A program made the translations under genes and the position numbers. Of a stretch of 64,000 nt of DNA, positions 46,641 through 55,189 are shown in pieces. Source of the DNA: an uncultured Eubacteriales bacterium (GTDB lineage: Bacteria; Bacillota; Clostridia; Oscillospirales; QAKW01); the NCBI GenBank assembly GCA_902492505.1, contig CABULU010000001.1, positions 7,601 through 71,600 on the forward strand, given 5' to 3'. The notes beneath the pieces are model-generated. The model searched no databases and was not told the DNA's origin. It worked only from the letters and a program-made list of their open reading frames with translations. Position 1 is the stretch's first letter. Each line of letters starts with the position of its first letter.

Positions 46641-49108
46641 CAGTCGTCCCTTTTTACCATCATTTCCTGATATTCCGCCATTGTCATAATAACCTGTCTT
46701 GGCTTTGCGCCCTCGTACGGACCTATTATGCCCTTTTCCTCCATAGTGTCGATAATGCGAGCCGCTCTTGCGTAACCCAGCGAGAACTTGCGCTGCAAGA
46801 CGGAGGTGGAGGCCTTTCCGCTTTCGATTACAAAAGCAACGGTCTGCCAGAACATTTCGTCCAGATCCTCGCCGCCGTCACGGTCTGCGGGCGCGCCGCC
46901 ATCCTGTTTTGTATAGCTTTCCATGGCGTCGTTAGCGCTTTGATCATAGTCTGCAGTGCCCGAATGGCGTTTTACGTATTCTACCACCGTCTCGACCTCC
47001 TCGTCGCTTACAAAGCAGCACTGTATGCGCCGCGCCGAATTCATTGTTCTGCCTTTGAACAGCATGTCGCCTTTGCCCAAAAGCTTTTCCGCGCCCGAAC
47101 CGTCCAAAATGACGCGGGAATCAATCTGGGAGGTGACGGCAAATGCGATGCGTGAGGGGACGTTTGCCTTGATAAGACCCGTCACGACATTGACGGAAGG
47201 GCGCTGCGTCGCGATTATCAGATAAATGCCGGCGGCGCGCGCTTTTTGACAGAGGCGGACGATATAGTCCTCCACCTCCTTGGCGCAGACCATCATGAGG
47301 TCGGCAAGCTCGTCAATTACAATTACAATCTGAGGTACCGTCTCGCACACATCGGAGTGCTTTTGCGCATAGGCGTTGTAGCCGTGAATATTGCGCACGT
47401 TGACGCTGAAAAACAGGTTGTATCGCCGTTCCATCTCGTTTACCGCCCACTGTAATGCCCCCGCCGCTTTTTTGGGGTTGGATACTACGGGAACGATAAG
47501 GTGCGGAATTTTATTGTATACCTCCAGCTCTACCACCTTGGGGTCAATGAGTATCAGCTTTACGTCTTTCGGCGACGCCTTGTACAGCAGCGACATAAGT
47601 ATTGTGTTTATGCACACCGATTTACCGGAGCCTGTCGCGCCCGCGACAAGCAGATGCGGCATGTCGGACAGGTCGCCGTACACAAGGTTGCCCGAGATGT
47701 CCTTGCCGAGGGCAACGGTCAGCGGGTTACTGCTGTTTGCAAATTCATCGGAGTCTAAAAGCTCTTTTATGTAAACCATGCTTTTTTTCTTGTTGGGAAT
47801 TTCTATTCCGACTGCCGCCTTGCCGGGAATGGGCGCTTCAATTCGGATGGAGGTTGCCGCAAGCGACAGCGCGATGTCGTCTGACAGCGAGGTAATTTTG
47901 GATACGCGCACACCCTTGCTGGGCGCCAGCTCATAGCGCGTTACAATCGGTCCGATTGCCGCGCCCACCATTGTCGCCTCTATTCCGAAGTCATGCAGCG
48001 TCTGAATGAGCTTTTGCTCTGTCTGCGCAAGCTCCGTTTTGGAAATTCCGGTTGCCGCACGCGGCGTTTCAAGCAGCGATGTGGGCGGAAAAATGTAGCT
48101 CTCGTCCGTTTTTGCATCTACTGCCGCGGTTTTTGCTGCGCCAAATGAATCGCTTTTTGTAAACACAGATGTCCGGGATGGGGTTTTGTCCGTTTTGTCT
48201 GCATTGTTAAAAACGCCGCTTTTGTCAATATTTCCGACAACCATGTCGGCGGTGGTTATGTACTCGTCGCGGTTTATGTCGTCATGTACAAAAAACGGCA
48301 TGGGAGATGTCTGCTCGACTTCGGCTTCATCCTTGCCGGCGCCCGTAAAGATATCTGAGCCGGGCATGTCCCCTTGTTCGGCGTTATCGCTTTGTTCCGA
48401 AAATTCCGTTTCCTCGTCCACAAAAATATCTATTTTATTTTTCTTTTTCGGTTTTTCGATATGCGGCTTTACAACCTCCGGCTCGTCCGGGTCTGCCGCC
48501 TCGCGCTCAAACGGAGCGCGCAGCTTTTTCCAAATCTGATATAGGGTTATATCGAAAAATGTGAGAGCGCAAATCAGCGCCGCCGTAATAAACAGTATGG
48601 CAAAGCCGATTTTTGTCAAAAGGCATATAAGAGGATATGCAAAAATTCCGCCGATGATTCCCCCGGCGCGGTTTACCATATCCGGTATCCCCTTTGTGAA
48701 AAACTGACCGAAGGAGAACGACCCGAAATAATCGCCGCTTTCAAAAAGATAGCATACGCCGGCAAGCGATATTACAAGCACAAGCCCGGTCCACAGCCGG
48801 GTAGGCGTGGACACGCGCCGGCTCTCCCTTGCAAGCTCGATTCCCAGCCACAGCGTCAGCGCAGGCAGGAGATATGAGACAAATCCGAAGGCGCCTTTGA
48901 ACAGAGCGCGCAGGAACGTGCCGAATACGCCTAAAAAGTTGTGGTACACCGATAGAATGAGCAGCACCGTCAGTGCAAAAAAGATAACGGACAGCACATT
49001 ATCCCGCACCTCGCGCCTGATAGGCTTGCGCTGTGCCGGTGTATTCTTGCCCGCCGCGGATTTCGTTGCGGGTCTGTTTTTTGTATTTCTTTTATTTTTG
49101 ACTGCCAT
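46640..49108 (-). CDS. ftsK: DNA translocase FtsK/SpoIIIE
   Basis: N-terminal TM segments, Walker A GATGSGKSV, IVIDELADLMM and a C-terminal gamma winged helix (SVLQRKFSLGYARAARIID). Confidence 0.9.
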   Translation of the reverse strand: MAVKNKRNTKNRPATKSAAGKNTPAQRKPIRREVRDNVLSVIFFALTVLLILSVYHNFLGVFGTFLRALFKGAFGFVSYLLPALTLWLGIELARESRRVSTPTRLWTGLVLVISLAGVCYLFESGDYFGSFSFGQFFTKGIPDMVNRAGGIIGGIFAYPLICLLTKIGFAILFITAALICALTFFDITLYQIWKKLRAPFEREAADPDEPEVVKPHIEKPKKKNKIDIFVDEETEFSEQSDNAEQGDMPGSDIFTGAGKDEAEVEQTSPMPFFVHDDINRDEYITTADMVVGNIDKSGVFNNADKTDKTPSRTSVFTKSDSFGAAKTAAVDAKTDESYIFPPTSLLETPRAATGISKTELAQTEQKLIQTLHDFGIEATMVGAAIGPIVTRYELAPSKGVRVSKITSLSDDIALSLAATSIRIEAPIPGKAAVGIEIPNKKKSMVYIKELLDSDEFANSSNPLTVALGKDISGNLVYGDLSDMPHLLVAGATGSGKSVCINTILMSLLYKASPKDVKLILIDPKVVELEVYNKIPHLIVPVVSNPKKAAGALQWAVNEMERRYNLFFSVNVRNIHGYNAYAQKHSDVCETVPQIVIVIDELADLMMVCAKEVEDYIVRLCQKARAAGIYLIIATQRPSVNVVTGLIKANVPSRIAFAVTSQIDSRVILDGSGAEKLLGKGDMLFKGRTMNSARRIQCCFVSDEEVETVVEYVKRHSGTADYDQSANDAMESYTKQDGGAPADRDGGEDLDEMFWQTVAFVIESGKASTSVLQRKFSLGYARAARIIDTMEEKGIIGPYEGAKPRQVIMTMAEYQEMMVKRDD

Positions 49109-49124
49109 TTTCTCACCTAAAAAC

Positions 49125-49961
49125 TCAGATTATAAAGCTCATGACAACCGCGCCCGCACCTACAATCGCGCAGTAGTATACAAACCATCCGAAGCGGTCT
49201 TTTTTCGTTACGTACTGAACAAGCTTTACCGCTAAAATGCCGAACACGGCGGCGGTGACAATGCCGATTATGTACGGCAGGATAAGCGAGCTGTCAATTC
49301 CCGTTTTTACAATATCCCTGACATTCAGAATATTGGCGCCGATGACGGCCGGAATTCCTAAAATAAAGGAAAATTCAACCGCCGTTTCACGGGTAAAGCC
49401 CATGTTGATGCCCGCGGCAATGGTCGAACCGCTGCGGGAGAGTCCGGGCAGCGTCGCTATCATCTGAAACAGACCGATTTTGAGCGCCTGCACCGGGGTC
49501 ATGTCGCGAATTTCTTTTTTCCCCTGTACGCTGTGGTCGGCGATAAAGAGAAGTCCCGCCGTTACAAGCAGCATGATGCCGACAGGCAAAAGCCCTGTCA
49601 TCTTACTCTCGATAGTGTCGTTTACGAATATTACAAGTATTAACGGAAGCGTGGCGATTATCACAAATATATCCATGAGCTGGTACTTGTTTGCTTTTTT
49701 GAACTTGAATTTACCTGAAAAAATCTGAGCGAGCATTTTGAAAAACTCAATGACCATGCCCGCTATCGTTTTGCGGTATACTGCAAAAACCGCGATGAGC
49801 GTACCCAGATGCAGGAGAATGTCAAAGGTCATGTCCCCCGACAGTTTTTCAAGTCCCGGCAAAAATGTCTTGAAAATCACAAGATGTCCCGAGCTGGATA
49901 TCGGAAGAAATTCCGCCAGTCCCTGTATAATTCCGAGTATAACCGAGCTGAGTATAGTCAT
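49125..49961 (-). CDS. uppP: undecaprenyl-diphosphate phosphatase
   Basis: Start set at ATG 49961 (GGAGGAAAAT RBS). GIIQGLAEFLPISSSGH and PGLSRSGSTI motifs. Confidence 0.85.
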   Translation of the reverse strand: MTILSSVILGIIQGLAEFLPISSSGHLVIFKTFLPGLEKLSGDMTFDILLHLGTLIAVFAVYRKTIAGMVIEFFKMLAQIFSGKFKFKKANKYQLMDIFVIIATLPLILVIFVNDTIESKMTGLLPVGIMLLVTAGLLFIADHSVQGKKEIRDMTPVQALKIGLFQMIATLPGLSRSGSTIAAGINMGFTRETAVEFSFILGIPAVIGANILNVRDIVKTGIDSSLILPYIIGIVTAAVFGILAVKLVQYVTKKDRFGWFVYYCAIVGAGAVVMSFII

Positions 49962-50034
49962 ATTTTCCTCCGATAGCTTTACATATATAGTCATTATATC
50001 ATACTGATTTATAATTTACTACTATTTTTTGATG

Positions 50035-50063
50035 TTGACTTTGATTAAATCAGAATATATAAT
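50035..50063 (+). promoter_or_regulatory. sigma-A promoter
   Basis: TTGACT (50035-50040), 17 nt spacer, TATAAT (50058-50063). Confidence 0.5.
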
Positions 50064-50101
50064 AAAATCCGATATCTATACCGAAAGGACATACCCTGAG
50101 A

Positions 50102-51586
50102 ATGCTTGACAATGATTTTTTTAAGGAACCGATGCCTGTGCCGGCGCAGACGTCGCCGCTTGATTTGCCGGTGACGATAGAACCGGTGCTTTCGTTTCAC
50201 AGCGACGACCCGCTGATAAAAGGAGCGCTTATGCTTTTTATCCGTGATTTTGAGCGCTATCACGGTGTTAAGATAAAAATAACAGACTCTGAAAAAAACG
50301 CGGGTTTTGTTCTTTTCCGGAAGAAGGCAGAGGAGCTTAACCTGAAAGAACCGTCTGTATTTGAGGAATGCCGCGCGGAAAACTACTCGATCGTATTGAA
50401 AAACGGCAGGATAGTTTTAAATTATATCGGGCTTAAAAGTCTGAATCATGCGCTTGCCGCGCTTTTGCGGCTTTCAAAGATAAAAGACGGCAGAATCTTT
50501 TGGAATTACTCCGAGCTGCTGGACGGCCCGCAATGTAAATACCGCGCTTTTCACGTGGACTTGGGCAGAAATTTTCACAGTGTCGGCAGACTTTTTGAGT
50601 ATATCGACATGTGTTTTTGCTATAATCTGAGTCATTTGCACCTGCACTTTAACGAAAATCAGAGCTATACCCTGCCGTCAAAGCTGTATCCCAAGCTGCC
50701 CGCCAAGGACCGCCACTATTCGTTTGAGGAGATACGCGAACTGAACAGATACGCGCTTCGCCGCGGGGTAAGCCTTGTGCCGGAGGTGGATATTCCGGGG
50801 CACTGCAATGCGTTCGGTGCGGCGTATCCCAAGCTGTTTGGTACAAGCGGGGTTATCTGTCAGCATGAAGATTCGATGAAAGCGGTGCGTGAGATAGTTG
50901 AGGAGGTCTGCGCGATGTTCCCCTACTCCGAGTATATCCATGTCGGCGGTGACGAGGCGGATATCCTAAAGTGGACTGAGTGTGAAAAATGCCTTGCTTA
51001 CTTTGAGACGGTTGACAAAGCGGCGGTGGACGCATTTAAAGCCGGAGGGGACGGCCGCGCGCTTGCCGAGCGCATGCTCGCGCACTTTATTAATGTAACG
51101 ACCGACGTTGTTTTCAAGGCGGGTAGAACTCCCATTGTGTGGGAGGGCTTTAACAAGTGCGTAAATGATCTTATATCCCGCAAAATCGTTGTTATGAGCT
51201 GGGAAAATTATTACCAGACGACTGACGAGCTTTTGGAGGCGGGCTTTGATATTATAAACTGTTCATGGAATCCGCTGTATATCGTCACTCCCAAAAAAAT
51301 GTGGAGTCCGGCGGAAATTATGGATTGGGATATTTTCAGGTGGACGCCCGTTCACCCCGATTCTCCCTATATCGGTCAGACTCTGAATATTGACAAGGGA
51401 TTTAAAAAACAAATTTGGGGTGCGCAGCTGCACGCATGGGGCGACTCTCTTGCAAAGGCGTTTGAGGATGTCGAGCAGGGCGTTGCAAAGGAGACGGAAA
51501 ACATTGCAAATCGTCTTCCGGCGCTTGCTCTTAACCTCTGGAATACTCCTCAGATGAAGGAGAAAACCCTAAAGAAAATGCAGTGA
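50102..51586 (+). CDS. glycoside hydrolase family 20 (beta-N-acetylhexosaminidase-like), no signal peptide
   Basis: RAFHVDLGRNF, VPEVDIPGH and IHVGGDE motifs. The start is uncertain because the RBS is weak. Confidence 0.75.
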   Translation: MLDNDFFKEPMPVPAQTSPLDLPVTIEPVLSFHSDDPLIKGALMLFIRDFERYHGVKIKITDSEKNAGFVLFRKKAEELNLKEPSVFEECRAENYSIVLKNGRIVLNYIGLKSLNHALAALLRLSKIKDGRIFWNYSELLDGPQCKYRAFHVDLGRNFHSVGRLFEYIDMCFCYNLSHLHLHFNENQSYTLPSKLYPKLPAKDRHYSFEEIRELNRYALRRGVSLVPEVDIPGHCNAFGAAYPKLFGTSGVICQHEDSMKAVREIVEEVCAMFPYSEYIHVGGDEADILKWTECEKCLAYFETVDKAAVDAFKAGGDGRALAERMLAHFINVTTDVVFKAGRTPIVWEGFNKCVNDLISRKIVVMSWENYYQTTDELLEAGFDIINCSWNPLYIVTPKKMWSPAEIMDWDIFRWTPVHPDSPYIGQTLNIDKGFKKQIWGAQLHAWGDSLAKAFEDVEQGVAKETENIANRLPALALNLWNTPQMKEKTLKKMQ

Positions 51587-51612
51587 GATGTCAGGTGCAA
51601 AATATTAATATC

Positions 51613-51645
51613 ACGCGCGGTTTTATAACCGCGTGTATTTTTGTT
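51613..51645 (+). terminator. rho-independent terminator
   Basis: cgcggtt / aaccgcg stem extended by flanking pairs, followed by atttttgtttt. Confidence 0.6.
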
Positions 51646-51682
51646 TTGACTTGATATTTGTTCATAAATATTTCCTCGGCGC

Positions 51683-51711
51683 TTGACACATTTTCGTAAA
51701 AGATGTATAAT
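51683..51711 (+). promoter_or_regulatory. consensus sigma-A promoter of rny
   Basis: TTGACA (51683-51688), 17 nt spacer, TATAAT (51706-51711). Confidence 0.6.
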
Positions 51712-51756
51712 ATTAAAAGCTATGCTGTATATAAATTCAAACAAAGGGAGGACATT

Positions 51757-53310
51757 ATGACTGCATTAACAGTAGTTATCATTGCGGTCGCCGCTGCCCT
51801 TGTTGCCGGATTTATTGCTTTTATATGTGGATTTTTTTACAGAAAATCGGTATCGGAAAAACAAATTGGTTCTGCTAACGATGAAGCGAGAAGAATTATC
51901 AATGAGGCGATAAAAACAGCTGACACGAAAAAGAAAGAAGCGATTCTCGAGGCTAAGGAACAGCTACATAAAGAGAGGACCGAACAGGAGCGCGAGATAA
52001 AAGAGCGCCGTGTCGAGGTGACAAGGCAGGAAAAGCGCCTGCAACAGAGAGAAGAAATTCTTGACAGAAAGTATGATAATCTTGACAGAAAAGAAGAACA
52101 GCTCAATTCAAAGCTGAAAAAGGCGGAGGAGCTGCAGCAGGAAATGGAGGAGCAAAAGCGCGCGCAGATTGCGGTGCTGGAGCGCATTTCCGGCTATACT
52201 GCGGAGGCGGCAAAGGCGGAGCTTTTGCATGAGCTTGAGCAGCAGCTTGAGCATGACTATGCCGTTAAAATTGCGGAGCATGAGGCGCGGTATGCCGAAA
52301 ATGCCGACGAGAAGGCAAGAAATCTTCTGTCACTTGCAATTCAGAAGTGTGCCGCTGATCATGTTGTCGAGTCTACCGTTTCGGTTGTTGCGTTGCCCAG
52401 TGACGAAATGAAGGGCCGTATAATCGGGCGTGAGGGACGCAATATCCGCTCGCTTGAGACAATAACCGGCGTTGATCTTATAATCGATGACACGCCCGAG
52501 GCGATAACGCTGTCAAGCTTTGACCCCATTCGCCGCGAAATTGCAAGACTTACGCTTGAAAAGCTTATTTCGGACGGACGCATCCATCCTGCGCGTATTG
52601 AGGAAACGGTAGAAAAAATGAAGCGCGAGCTGGATATCACCATTAAAAAAGAGGGCGAGCGCGCTGTTTTTGAAACGGGTGTTCACGGTCTGCATCCTGA
52701 GGTTATAAAGCTGCTCGGCAGACTTAAATACAGAACAAGCTACGGTCAGAATGTGCTTAATCATTCTATTGAAGTGGCTCAGCTGTGCGGGATTATCGCG
52801 TCGGAGATGGGAGAGGATGTTACGCTTGCAAAACGCGCGGGTCTTCTGCACGACCTCGGAAAGAGCGTTGATTTTGAAATGGAGGGTTCTCATATTCAAA
52901 TCGGCGTTGAGCTTGCTAAAAAATACAAGGAATCGCACGGAGTTATCCATGCTATTGAGGCGCACCACGGCGATGTGGAGACAAAAACCAACATTGCCGC
53001 CATCGTTCAGGCAGCAGATGCAATTTCAGCGGCAAGACCCGGTGCCAGACGCGAAAATCTTGAAAATTATATCAAGCGTCTTGAAAAGCTTGAGGAAATT
53101 GCCAACTCCTTTGACGGAGTTGAAAAGACATATGCAATCCAGGCGGGCCGTGAAATACGCATAATGGTAAATCCGGAGCAGATTTCCGACGATAAGCTTG
53201 TTTTGCTGTCCCACGATATCTGTAAAAAGATTGAAAGTGAGCTTGAGTATCCGGGTCAGATTAAGGTTCATCTTATCCGAGAAAACCGCGCGATTAATTA
53301 CGCAAAGTAA
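51757..53310 (+). CDS. rny: ribonuclease Y
   Basis: Start set at ATG 51757 (AGGGAGGA RBS). N-terminal TM, a long charged coiled coil, a KH domain ([12 protein letters not shown]) and an HD domain (LLHDLGK). Confidence 0.9.
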   Translation: MTALTVVIIAVAAALVAGFIAFICGFFYRKSVSEKQIGSANDEARRIINEAIKTADTKKKEAILEAKEQLHKERTEQEREIKERRVEVTRQEKRLQQREEILDRKYDNLDRKEEQLNSKLKKAEELQQEMEEQKRAQIAVLERISGYTAEAAKAELLHELEQQLEHDYAVKIAEHEARYAENADEKARNLLSLAIQKCAADHVVESTVSVVALPSDEMKGRIIGREGRNIRSLETITGVDLIIDDTPEAITLSSFDPIRREIARLTLEKLISDGRIHPARIEETVEKMKRELDITIKKEGERAVFETGVHGLHPEVIKLLGRLKYRTSYGQNVLNHSIEVAQLCGIIASEMGEDVTLAKRAGLLHDLGKSVDFEMEGSHIQIGVELAKKYKESHGVIHAIEAHHGDVETKTNIAAIVQAADAISAARPGARRENLENYIKRLEKLEEIANSFDGVEKTYAIQAGREIRIMVNPEQISDDKLVLLSHDICKKIESELEYPGQIKVHLIRENRAINYAK

Positions 53311-53326
53311 AAAAATATATTAAAAT

Positions 53327-53358
53327 ACCGGCTGTATAAAAGCGGCCGGTGTTTTTTT
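53327..53358 (+). terminator. rho-independent terminator after rny
   Basis: accggctg / cggccggt stem, followed by a T7 run. Confidence 0.65.
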
Positions 53359-53376
53359 ATTTTATATATTACTTTT

Positions 53377-53416
53377 GTATGATTTCGTACTATACTGACT
53401 TGGTATGATTTCGTAC
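53377..53416. repeat. 14-nt direct repeat GTATGATTTCGTAC x2 upstream of the MarR gene (probable operator)
   Basis: Copies at 53377-53390 and 53403-53416. The second ends 16 nt before the ATG. Confidence 0.6.
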
Positions 53417-53432
53417 ATTAAGGAGAAGACTT

Positions 53433-53870
53433 ATGCCAAAGTATATAACAGAGCAGTTGAAGCGGTTTAATTATCTTACATCTGAGATAGATTCGGTTTA
53501 TCATGAAGCAGCATTTAGATTAGGGATTTCCGACAGTGTTATGCAGATACTGTATGCTATTTGCAACAAAGAAGGTGAATGTCCGATAAATTTTATTGTA
53601 AGCATGTTAGGTATTAAAAAGCAGACGGTGAATTCTGCGCTCAGAAAGCTTGAAAACGAAAATATAGTATGCCTGAAACCTATTGACGGTAAAAATAAGG
53701 CGGTATGCTTTACTGAAAAGGGCGCCGAGTTTGCCTTGGCGACCGTCGGACGCATAATAGAGATTGAAAACGAAATATTTGACAGTTGGATTCCGGACGA
53801 GCGCGCGGATTATCTTAGACTTACGCAAAAATATTTGACCTCTCTTAAGGAAAAGGTGGAAAGGCTTTGA
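53433..53870 (+). CDS. MarR-family transcriptional regulator
   Basis: 145 aa with a winged HTH (IKKQTVNSALRKLENENIV...DGKNKAV). 4-nt overlap with the MATE gene. Confidence 0.8.
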   Translation: MPKYITEQLKRFNYLTSEIDSVYHEAAFRLGISDSVMQILYAICNKEGECPINFIVSMLGIKKQTVNSALRKLENENIVCLKPIDGKNKAVCFTEKGAEFALATVGRIIEIENEIFDSWIPDERADYLRLTQKYLTSLKEKVERL

Positions 53871-55039
53871 TTATGAAAATTCAGTTATCTGACCATTTTA
53901 CATATAAAAAGCTGTTCAGATTTACGCTGCCGTCAGTTGTTATGATGATATTTACTTCAATTTACGGCGTGGTGGACGGCTTTTTTGTTTCTAACTTTGT
54001 AGGAAAAACTCCGTTTGCGGCAGTCAACTTTATCATGCCGTTTCTTATGATACTGGGAGCTGTCGGGTTTATGTTCGGAACAGGAGGCAGTGCGCTTATT
54101 TCCAAAACAATGGGTGAAGGTGACCGTGTGCGGGCAAATCGTCTGTTTTCCATGTTTGTGTATATATCCGCAGCATGCGGAATAATTATTGCAGTGTTTG
54201 GCATAATTTTTCTGCGTCCGATTGCCGTTCTTTTGGGTGCTGAGGGAGTTATGCTCGAAAACTGTGTGGTTTACGGCAGAATTATTCTTTTCGCTTTGCC
54301 TGCATATATGCTTCAGTATGAATTTCAGAGCTTTTTTGTAACTGCCGGTAAACCGCAGCTGGGACTTACGGTTACAATTATATCTGGAGTTTCCAATATG
54401 GTGCTTGACGCACTGCTGGTGGCGGTGTTTGATTTCGGACTGTCCGGAGCTGCCGCGGCAACTGCAATAAGCCAGTGTATAGGCGGAATTGTGCCGGTAA
54501 TATATTTTCTGTGTCCGAATTCCTCTCTTCTTCGGCTGACAAAGACAAAATTTTACGGCAGGTCGCTGCTTGTCGGTTGTATAAACGGCTCGTCGGAGCT
54601 TATGTCCAACATATCCATGTCGCTTATAGGCATGCTTTATAACGTGCAGCTTATGAAGTTTGCCGGAGAGGACGGGGTTGCGGCTTATGGAGTTTTGATG
54701 TATGTCAATATGATATTTTTAGCCGCGTTTATCGGATACTCTGTCGGAACGGCGCCTGTCATAGGATATAGTTACGGAGCAAAAAACAGCGTTGAGCTGA
54801 AAAATATGTTTAAAAAAAGCTTTATTATAATCGGAACTCTTTCGGTGATAATGTTCGCGTCTGCGGAGCTTTTGGCGCGCTGGGCGGTTGCCGCATTAGG
54901 CGCGGCTCACAGCAGCTATCGTATAATATGCCTTGCAAGCCCGCTGGCGTGGATTGCGGCGGCTGTGCTGCTGCTTGCGGTTTATTATTTTAAAATAGTG
55001 CGTCGCCCGCAGTATAAAAAACCGAAAAATGAGGGCTGA
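53867..55039 (+). CDS. MATE-family efflux transporter, shorter than usual
   Basis: LFRFTLPSVVMMIFTSIYGVVDGFFV is a typical MATE N-terminus. I count about 10 hydrophobic segments in 390 aa. Confidence 0.7.
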   Translation: MIMKIQLSDHFTYKKLFRFTLPSVVMMIFTSIYGVVDGFFVSNFVGKTPFAAVNFIMPFLMILGAVGFMFGTGGSALISKTMGEGDRVRANRLFSMFVYISAACGIIIAVFGIIFLRPIAVLLGAEGVMLENCVVYGRIILFALPAYMLQYEFQSFFVTAGKPQLGLTVTIISGVSNMVLDALLVAVFDFGLSGAAAATAISQCIGGIVPVIYFLCPNSSLLRLTKTKFYGRSLLVGCINGSSELMSNISMSLIGMLYNVQLMKFAGEDGVAAYGVLMYVNMIFLAAFIGYSVGTAPVIGYSYGAKNSVELKNMFKKSFIIIGTLSVIMFASAELLARWAVAALGAAHSSYRIICLASPLAWIAAAVLLLAVYYFKIVRRPQYKKPKNEG

Positions 55040-55066
55040 TATAGGGCATTAAAATATAATAAAATC

Positions 55067-55106
55067 GCGCCGACTCGGTGGGTTTACCCGGGCGGCGCTG
55101 TTTTTT
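55067..55106 (+). terminator. rho-independent terminator
   Basis: gcgccg / cggcgc outer stem with an inner ggg/ccc stem, followed by tgtttttt. Confidence 0.55.
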
Positions 55107-55129
55107 ATAATCTGCGTTAACGCGCGGGC

Positions 55130-55158
55130 TTGACTTATAAATATTATAATTATATAAT
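55130..55158 (+). promoter_or_regulatory. consensus sigma-A promoter
   Basis: TTGACT (55130-55135), 17 nt spacer, TATAAT (55153-55158). Confidence 0.55.
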
Positions 55159-55189
55159 GTAATTACATACTGAAAAAAGAGGTATCGAA

